A DNA stretch of 64,000 nucleotides from assembly GCA_963790825.1 (NCBI GenBank), contig CAWBPM010000002.1:295159-359158 (forward strand), read 5' to 3'. Both the position numbers and the translations under genes were made by a program. A model generated the notes under the pieces. It was not told where the DNA came from and made no database searches. It saw only the letters and a list, made by a program, of their open reading frames with translations. Positions 57,245 through 64,000 of the stretch are shown here, piece after piece (positions within the stretch are counted from its first letter, which is position 1; each line of letters starts with the position of its first letter). Origin of the DNA: Candidatus Levyibacteriota bacterium. GTDB taxonomy: Bacteria; Patescibacteriota; Microgenomatia; Levybacterales; UBA12049.

Positions 57245-57991
57245 TTAGTTTTGTACTTTTTTGCGCAGAAATAAACCTGAAGACAGTAAAGCCAAACCGT
57301 CCACAAGATAGGAGAGGATAGTAGAACTACTTCCCGTGTATGCCAATGCTGCTACTTCCCGAACCGGACTACCGGAAGAAGACGATGATGAAGAAGATGA
57401 ACCTGATGAGCCGGACGAACTGCCTGAGGAATTATTGGAAGATGAGCCGCTATTTGATTCACTTGACGCTGGAGCAGAAGTCGGGGTTGGCATCGGGGTC
57501 GGCGTCTCGGTCAGTTCTGCAGATTCACTTGCTGTTTCGGATGGGGTCGGCGTGACTTCTTCCGTAGGCGTTAGTGTAGTTTCTGCACTTTCGCAGCTAA
57601 AATTAGAATTTTGCGCCGCATAGGGACCACTGTGTAAACCAAAATTTTCACCTTCTAAAATATACCATCCCTGACTCAGTAAGTCGTTTCTCTGGTCACC
57701 TGTGAGATCTTCTATATACCACCAATTTGTCTGAATTCCCAGACTTCCGTTGTCCGGACAGAAGCATTGTGTAGCCGAATTATCTTCTACCTGGTAAACC
57801 GTGTCTGCTCCGGAATACATTACAGGATCTCCGGCAATTGCGTGCATACCGGTAGAATATTGTGCGATAATATTACCTGTCGGGTTAGTACACGAGGGAA
57901 AATCCGGTTGAGTCCAGGCGAAAACTGCGTGAACTCCAATAACCGTAAAGAGCATGAAACAAGCTGCGGATAGTGCTAAAACCTTTTTCAT
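57245..57991 (-). CDS. sortase substrate-like surface protein
   Basis: Signal peptide, Cys-containing domain, Ser/Thr/Pro linker, LAYTG, hydrophobic stretch, RKK tail. Confidence 0.75.
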   Translation of the reverse strand: MKKVLALSAACFMLFTVIGVHAVFAWTQPDFPSCTNPTGNIIAQYSTGMHAIAGDPVMYSGADTVYQVEDNSATQCFCPDNGSLGIQTNWWYIEDLTGDQRNDLLSQGWYILEGENFGLHSGPYAAQNSNFSCESAETTLTPTEEVTPTPSETASESAELTETPTPMPTPTSAPASSESNSGSSSNNSSGSSSGSSGSSSSSSSSSGSPVREVAALAYTGSSSTILSYLVDGLALLSSGLFLRKKVQN

Positions 57992-58093
57992 ATTTATCTT
58001 ATAAATTATCTTTATAGGATTATAACATACTCTTCAGCATTGTCAAGAGCCCAGGAAAGAGCGGGGATTAATTTCAACTTAGACTATTATTTT

Positions 58094-59326
58094 CTATAAG
58101 TGGAAGTAAAAATGAAGATGTTTAAAAAAAGTTGTCAGGAAATTTTCCGGTACTTTAGAAAGCACAATGTTACTATAGCCACCTAACAGTACTGAGTTTG
58201 TCTTTCTATAGTATTTTTGTGCAGAAACTTGAATTGTTATGTGACCCGGCTTATAAGGAGTTGAGACTTTCCCATTTGTATCGGTCAGCATCTTTTGTCC
58301 GGCAATTATTACCTGCGCATTTTTAATAGGGATATTTTTGTTATCAGTCACAATAATTATTGCTCCACGGCCTAAATAAACTTGCTTTATAATTTCGGCA
58401 GCATCCTTGGGTTTATTGTTATCATCCCAAATCGCAGTGGTTCCACCGATATTTACCCAATAATTAACTCCCAAGACATTTGAGTTCATAGCAACGTTTC
58501 GTAAAACGGACTGGATCCAATCGGCCTGTTCGATATCAGTCATATTGCCATTAATACCTGGGATCGGCGCTCCAAATTCTCCCAGCACTATTTTTCCTCC
58601 GCTTTTTTCTCCAATTGTTTGTAAATCCTTAGCCAATTGACTTGGATTTTTTACGTAATGATCGACAACTACCAATCCATCCATTGCCTTAGTTGTCGGT
58701 TTATCCATAACCAGTTTTGCCACATCTCTATTCATAGAAGCGTAGTTTGAACTGACTTGTTTGCCGATTTTGCTAAACGTACTTTTCGTCATCTGATATT
58801 CTTTTATCATAAATTTCCTAAAGCCTGCTGTATCCTTGGTCTCTCTGGGATCACCGGGTCCGCCATTCTCGCACTCCGGACAAGCGGTAAAAATATCACC
58901 GTTTTCAAATAAATCGGGGTTACTGAGAATAAATGCTTGGGTTTTTAGTAAGTGTTGTGAGCGGGTAATTGCCTGGTAGCCAAACCAACCCTCCCATCCG
59001 GACCAATTACCGCGAAACCAGATATGCATGTGGTATTTCCTCGCAGAGACTACCCATTCTTTAAGGACCGGTAAAAATTCCGGGTCATACGGCGTATCAA
59101 TTGCGACATAGTTTGCTCCGGTTTTGGAAATTACTTCCATTTGCTTATCTATTACTTTAGGAAAATCACTATTTCCCAATTCATTTCGAGCCAAATCTCG
59201 GGAATATTTCATTGTATCGATCGATTGAAATTGCCACTGCTTGAGCGGACCCTGAGCGAAAAATGTAGAGGGATGAACTAAAATAAATATAAGTAACAAA
59301 AAAATAATAATAACTATCTGTTTCAT
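58094..59326 (-). CDS. secreted glycoside hydrolase-like protein with C-terminal beta domain
   Basis: SIDTMKYSRD, CPECENG, VLGEFGAP suggest a TIM-barrel GH; family not assigned. Confidence 0.55.
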   Translation of the reverse strand: MKQIVIIIFLLLIFILVHPSTFFAQGPLKQWQFQSIDTMKYSRDLARNELGNSDFPKVIDKQMEVISKTGANYVAIDTPYDPEFLPVLKEWVVSARKYHMHIWFRGNWSGWEGWFGYQAITRSQHLLKTQAFILSNPDLFENGDIFTACPECENGGPGDPRETKDTAGFRKFMIKEYQMTKSTFSKIGKQVSSNYASMNRDVAKLVMDKPTTKAMDGLVVVDHYVKNPSQLAKDLQTIGEKSGGKIVLGEFGAPIPGINGNMTDIEQADWIQSVLRNVAMNSNVLGVNYWVNIGGTTAIWDDNNKPKDAAEIIKQVYLGRGAIIIVTDNKNIPIKNAQVIIAGQKMLTDTNGKVSTPYKPGHITIQVSAQKYYRKTNSVLLGGYSNIVLSKVPENFLTTFFKHLHFYFHL

Positions 59327-59345
59327 AAAAAGATAAAAATAAATC

Positions 59346-60983
59346 TTAGTCTTTTATCTGCGCAAGTATCGGTTTCGTCTCGAGATGTGAGAGATATTGC
59401 GGTTTCAATTGATAAATATCGGCAAAAGGAAATGAGTGAACGAGCGTATAGTCATTGATAAATTCCGGGTTTTTCCCAACGAGCTTAAAGGTTTGATCGC
59501 TAACATCATTTGTACGCATAATTATATATCTCGCCCAATGCATAGGATCCTTTGTTGCGCTGTCCCAGTACACACCTGTTCCCTCATGAATAAAGCGGCT
59601 CATCGGCAAGCCGGATGAGAAAATGATCGCGTCGTGAGATGCGGCAGCAATCAGAACAAATCCAGAGTTGTTGAGGGCGTTTTTATGCAGCCAGCCTGAA
59701 ACTTCGCTAACGTTCTTTTGGCTTGATCCCACTCTGGCATCATCAATAGTTACCGCGTCTCCGTTACTTAATGCAAAAAAAATGTTAAACAAAATTAATC
59801 CGATGAACAAATAGCGCAAATCCTTGAAGCGATGTACTAAGTAGCCGACAAATATCGCGATGCTGGGAGCCATAAGTATTCCGTAGCGGACATTAAACCA
59901 GGTATTTCCGGATATTCCCTGAACAAAGAGCACGGAAAATCCCAGATAAAGAGCAAGGATATTAAAAAATAAAGGTGCAAACAGTGCAGTCATGGCGATT
60001 TTAATATTTGTTTTAATATTTTTATTTACAAAGAAGGCGATAGCCCCAAAAAGTCCCAGGAGTAAAATCGGGAAATATTCATTGTAAGCCAGGGCATAAA
60101 AATACACTTTTGCAGAAAGCAGCATGTTTCCCTTAGTCGCGAGTACCCCGGCTCCGGCCAGTTGCTGTTGCTGCGCATGGGCAGAGTAAGGCCCGAATAC
60201 AAAATACAGAGCATCATGAAAAATAAGTTGATTCCATAAAAACCATAAGGCGATACCGAACCCGGACAGGGTAAAAAACAGGAAAAACATACCTTCGGCC
60301 GCTTTCTTCCCTCTTGCTCTCCAGGTGAGTACAACAACCAGAAAACAAACAAACACGAAGAGGAACCATCCATCGTACCTATTTAATGTCGATAGCATAA
60401 TCCAGAATGCGGATTTAATTAAGTTAAGTAAATTATTACTTTTCTGCCAAAGTAACAATTCATAGACACCGGCCGTCATAGTCGCAATAAGCATGAGCTC
60501 GGTCATTGCGGTCGACTGCATATATAAAACGTTAAGGTTAGCTGCAAAAACAAATACTCCGACAATTCTGGGAAAAAGTGATACACCAAGTTTTTCCAGG
60601 AATTTATAAACCAGGTATCCTGTGGCGACAAATGAAACCATCGATTGTATAGCTCCCGAGAGACCGCTATGCCACATAAAGTCATTCCAGACGGTGAAGC
60701 TGGTAAGAAGATGGGGAAGCGGCAGCCAAACACTTCCTAGTTGTGCCATGCCGGTTTTTAATCCTTCAACTACACGCCGCCCAATATCGAGATGCGACCT
60801 TGCATCATTGTACGACAGCCCCAAGCCATCCAAATAGAACACTATATAACAGCAAATAGAAATTCCTGTCAATAAAATAACGAGTGATAAAAGTGCATAT
60901 TTATTGACAAATTTTTTATTTTTTTGATATATTCTTATCTTGGGTAATTCGAAAAGCATATTGCCATTTTTAATCTTAATCAT
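59346..60983 (-). CDS. GT-C (PMT/ArnT-like) membrane glycosyltransferase
   Basis: YNDARSHLDIGRR, WLPLPH, STAMTE, RYDGW; many TM segments. Confidence 0.75.
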   Translation of the reverse strand: MIKIKNGNMLFELPKIRIYQKNKKFVNKYALLSLVILLTGISICCYIVFYLDGLGLSYNDARSHLDIGRRVVEGLKTGMAQLGSVWLPLPHLLTSFTVWNDFMWHSGLSGAIQSMVSFVATGYLVYKFLEKLGVSLFPRIVGVFVFAANLNVLYMQSTAMTELMLIATMTAGVYELLLWQKSNNLLNLIKSAFWIMLSTLNRYDGWFLFVFVCFLVVVLTWRARGKKAAEGMFFLFFTLSGFGIALWFLWNQLIFHDALYFVFGPYSAHAQQQQLAGAGVLATKGNMLLSAKVYFYALAYNEYFPILLLGLFGAIAFFVNKNIKTNIKIAMTALFAPLFFNILALYLGFSVLFVQGISGNTWFNVRYGILMAPSIAIFVGYLVHRFKDLRYLFIGLILFNIFFALSNGDAVTIDDARVGSSQKNVSEVSGWLHKNALNNSGFVLIAAASHDAIIFSSGLPMSRFIHEGTGVYWDSATKDPMHWARYIIMRTNDVSDQTFKLVGKNPEFINDYTLVHSFPFADIYQLKPQYLSHLETKPILAQIKD

Positions 60984-62646
60984 AGCGAATCTCCTTTTTA
61001 ACCATCACATAATAGGCTAATATTCCTCCTGTTACTCCACAGACTAAAAACACGATAATTGAATAATAGACTACCGGCGTTACTAGCCGGTTGGCAAATG
61101 TCTGATATACAAAAGACTTTGAATTACCGGAAAGTAAATATTCCCAATTTCTTTGATATGTGTATAATTGTGTTGTCCCTGAGATTTTTTCGAGTTCTGC
61201 CACTTGTACTTGCGGAGGAATCGCGCTGGTGGTAATTGCGCCAAGCGTATTAACGGAGATGGAATAAAATGCTGCCAAAATAAATATAGTTAGAAAAATA
61301 TATTTTTTCCGCCAGTATGTTAAAAGCAGAGCAATAAAAATTGAAAGAACCGCATATGCCGGAATAAGATAACGTGATCCAAAAGCCCATCCACCCCATG
61401 GGTCGCCCCACAATTCGTACAATATAACGTTTACAACTATAATTGACGCAAGAAAAACTGACATTTTTACTTTCTTTCTCATGGCTTTAGCCAGACCAAT
61501 TATGCCAAAAAGGACAACCGGTGTGTAAAAAATAATTCCTCTGTCAGGACTTAAAAATTGAATATAAAATCCGTTTAAACTATTTCGGGTATTAAAAAAA
61601 CCTACCGTTGACTGCGCATGCAGACTGGATAAATAGTTAAATGACATTTCTTTTCCTTTTGTAGGATCAACCGGTTTTCCATTCGCATTTATTTGGGCAA
61701 TATTGGGAATAGTTCCCGAAAGTTGTAATGGATTTCCATAGGAAGCGTAATTAAACCAAAGAAGAAATGCTGCCGGGATAATTACAATAATAGTTGTAAG
61801 CACTTTATATATATTTATTTTTACAGCCGGTTTATTCCTAATCTCAGTAAAAGAGATCATTCTCCCTAGCGCAAATAATCCAATGGGAAACATGAAGAAT
61901 ACGTTTGGATAATCCAGAGGAACCGCTAAGGCATAAGAAAAGAAAACAACAAGTAGTGACCAGAGTTTCTGTGATCTTAATAACACATACACGCTTAGTA
62001 ATATTAGGAAGGTTGACATTTGGTGTTCATACAGATCAACAGCGTAGGTAAAAGCAGGTGTTGCGAATAAAAATATCAATGCCCCCACGCTCGCAGCTAA
62101 ACGATTAGCTCTTAGTCGAATCGCAATAAGTCGTATAAGAGCGAAATTAAAGAGAGCAAAAAGTGCTATTACTCCAAATGCTCCGACTTGTGCTGCTCCC
62201 AAAATTTTTCCAATAAGATAGCCTGGAATAATAAGAAAGGATAAAAGGGGAGCGAAAAGAGAAACGTAATTCCCATTTGAATATCCCAGGTCCGGGGTAG
62301 AGAAGCGAGCAATGGGAACTGAAAAATGAAATGATTTGTTTTCTACAATTGAATACATCAACGCATATCTTCCACGCTCCGGAGAGAGTTCGAAAGGACC
62401 GGAGGAGGTCCACTTATTAGTATTTAACTCAACAGCACTAGGATTACCCGGTAATCCACGTAATGATAAGAATAGAATTACAGCGCAAAACAGCAGCAAC
62501 AATGGCCACCATAGTTTACTCCTAAGTATGACATTCAGTATATTAGACAGAAATTTCCTAAAAACTGAAGCATTATCTCTTAATATCCCGAACGAAAATT
62601 TAGGGATACTAAATTTATTAAACTGATTTTTTATTAAAGTTAACAT
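60976..62646 (-). CDS. polytopic membrane protein, probable GT-C glycosyltransferase
   Basis: SPDRGIIFYTP, WGGWAFGSRYLIP motifs. Confidence 0.65.
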   Translation of the reverse strand: MLTLIKNQFNKFSIPKFSFGILRDNASVFRKFLSNILNVILRSKLWWPLLLLFCAVILFLSLRGLPGNPSAVELNTNKWTSSGPFELSPERGRYALMYSIVENKSFHFSVPIARFSTPDLGYSNGNYVSLFAPLLSFLIIPGYLIGKILGAAQVGAFGVIALFALFNFALIRLIAIRLRANRLAASVGALIFLFATPAFTYAVDLYEHQMSTFLILLSVYVLLRSQKLWSLLVVFFSYALAVPLDYPNVFFMFPIGLFALGRMISFTEIRNKPAVKINIYKVLTTIIVIIPAAFLLWFNYASYGNPLQLSGTIPNIAQINANGKPVDPTKGKEMSFNYLSSLHAQSTVGFFNTRNSLNGFYIQFLSPDRGIIFYTPVVLFGIIGLAKAMRKKVKMSVFLASIIVVNVILYELWGDPWGGWAFGSRYLIPAYAVLSIFIALLLTYWRKKYIFLTIFILAAFYSISVNTLGAITTSAIPPQVQVAELEKISGTTQLYTYQRNWEYLLSGNSKSFVYQTFANRLVTPVVYYSIIVFLVCGVTGGILAYYVMVKKEIRYD

Positions 62647-62649
62647 AAA

Positions 62650-63717
62650 TTATTGTAATTTTTTAAAAAGAAATTCATGGTCACGCGTATTCTTCTCGGG
62701 AAAAATAATTTGCTTCATTCTTCTGAGCAAATTAATCGATTTCCACCATACCATAACCAGCTTATTTTTTGTATAATATAAATCGTAAAGTAAACGGTAA
62801 TCAGATGTAAATTCAAGTTTATAGGTACTGATGCCTCCTCCAAGATCAAGCGTATCAACACCATTTTCTTTTAGACTCTGCAATAAATATAGGAGTATAG
62901 TTTTACCGGGACGTAATTTCCCGTATTCATGCAGATATGCAGTCTGATAAGCAACAAATACTTTCCTGTATAAAAAGCCGAACTGGTAGGCGATAGGTAT
63001 AGTATTGTAATAGAGAAATCCTATCCGAACTAACTGGCTGCAATTTTTACTGATAGTTTGAAAGAAATCCTTTGTTTCTTGCTGTGAGAAAATATCCATT
63101 GAACGCAGTTTTTTTGCGCTGTTCTGTTCCAGGACGAACATCGTGTGCAAATGATTCTGCAGATTTTCAACTCCATTATACATTTTAAATCTAAGTTGAT
63201 CTGGGTTTTTCTTTATTGTGCTTCTGATCTGACTTAGCGTTGACTTTGAAATAGTAAGTAATGGATCTTTCTCCAGATTTACACAAGGGTTGACCGACAT
63301 CAAAGAAAAGAACATATCCGGAAAAATGTCGTGAAGAAGATTTGTAGCCTTACTGTCAACTTTATGTATAAATAAATTTCTTTTCGCAAGTATGTTCCCG
63401 AAAAAATATTTGAATAATTCCCTGTCATATTCTTTTACCAGAAATGCAGTATCAACAAGGAATTTATCACCTAAAACACCCAGGATTTTTATCCCAAAAT
63501 GTCTATCAATATGAAGCGGCAATATTGCGACCAATTCACCATCTCGATAACATACATATAATTCATAGTCAGTTATGTTTCCTGTTTCCAGACATGTTTG
63601 AAACCACTCGTAGGAGTTAAATACGCTTGCGTTCTCAGACTTTTTCCATAACTCCTGCCAATGCGTACTAAGAACCTCATCGAGATTAGTAAGTATTTTT
63701 GCTTGATATTGTTGCAT
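62650..63717 (-). CDS. GNAT acetyltransferase (CelD/BcsL-like)
   Basis: FNSYEW, LRPGKTIL, LDLGGGISTYK. Confidence 0.85.
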   Translation of the reverse strand: MQQYQAKILTNLDEVLSTHWQELWKKSENASVFNSYEWFQTCLETGNITDYELYVCYRDGELVAILPLHIDRHFGIKILGVLGDKFLVDTAFLVKEYDRELFKYFFGNILAKRNLFIHKVDSKATNLLHDIFPDMFFSLMSVNPCVNLEKDPLLTISKSTLSQIRSTIKKNPDQLRFKMYNGVENLQNHLHTMFVLEQNSAKKLRSMDIFSQQETKDFFQTISKNCSQLVRIGFLYYNTIPIAYQFGFLYRKVFVAYQTAYLHEYGKLRPGKTILLYLLQSLKENGVDTLDLGGGISTYKLEFTSDYRLLYDLYYTKNKLVMVWWKSINLLRRMKQIIFPEKNTRDHEFLFKKLQ

Positions 63718-63719
63718 AA

Positions 63720-64000
63720 TTATTTTCCTATAACCTTTCGTATATTTCGATATGCCATATATATCTTCATATGTTGCTTGAGTAGCTCAAACAAATTATG
63801 TCTTAATATATATATTATTTTTAGATAAAACCGTGCTGCGCTATTTTGAGAAATTACAACTCGATATAACTTTCTATATTCTTTCGAAAACGATCTTTTA
63901 ATTGCTGCATCACCACTTCCGAAATCAAGTTTTTCAACATGAATCGAATTGAGATAATCGATAAGTTTAACTAGAAATACTCGCAGTATAGAATAATTGT
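63720..64000 (-). CDS. C-terminal part of a second CelD/BcsL-like GNAT protein (partial)
   Basis: Hand translation ...LIDYLNSIHVEKLDFGSGDAAIKRSF...IGK*. Confidence 0.7.
   Translation of the reverse strand, partial: NYSILRVFLVKLIDYLNSIHVEKLDFGSGDAAIKRSFSKEYRKLYRVVISQNSAARFYLKIIYILRHNLFELLKQHMKIYMAYRNIRKVIGK

Noticed and set aside
1-64000. Alternative genetic code (TGA read-through) or prophage
   Set aside because: Long genes are intact under code 11 and several end in TGA; no capsid, terminase or tail genes were recognised.

Overview
AT-rich bacterial chromosome segment (standard genetic code). Gene content, short or absent leaders and protein families suggest a Patescibacteria/CPR, Microgenomates-like organism (inference). 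About 0.5-29.8 kb is a composite genomic island ending at a minus-strand tRNA-Arg(TCT). It holds a Gram-positive-type conjugation module (pilin, VirB6-like, PrgI, VirB4, M23 peptidase; VirD4-like coupling protein and replication-relaxation protein 12 kb away), five toxin-antitoxin pairs, Fic and PLD genes, and a SAM-I riboswitch over two unknown paralogs. Smaller islands abut tRNA-Pro(TGG) and tRNA-Leu(TAA). The rest is housekeeping and cell-envelope genes (AI-2E, DacA-like, UppP, RND pump, sortase plus LAYTG substrate, GT-C glycosyltransferases, GNATs). Main observation: ten intergenic sites copy the 3' end of the neighbouring tRNAs but place the TCGAAC-like motif exactly 5 bp further from the core (16 vs 11 nt). 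This matches the attP/attB geometry of large serine integrases. Most sites open into a short integrase-tail-like peptide, and they divide the DNA into cassettes, yet no integrase is in the window. A second, unrelated hairpin-GCAAGGG motif separates seven cargo blocks inside the conjugative element. All family assignments come from motif recognition only; no searches were run.
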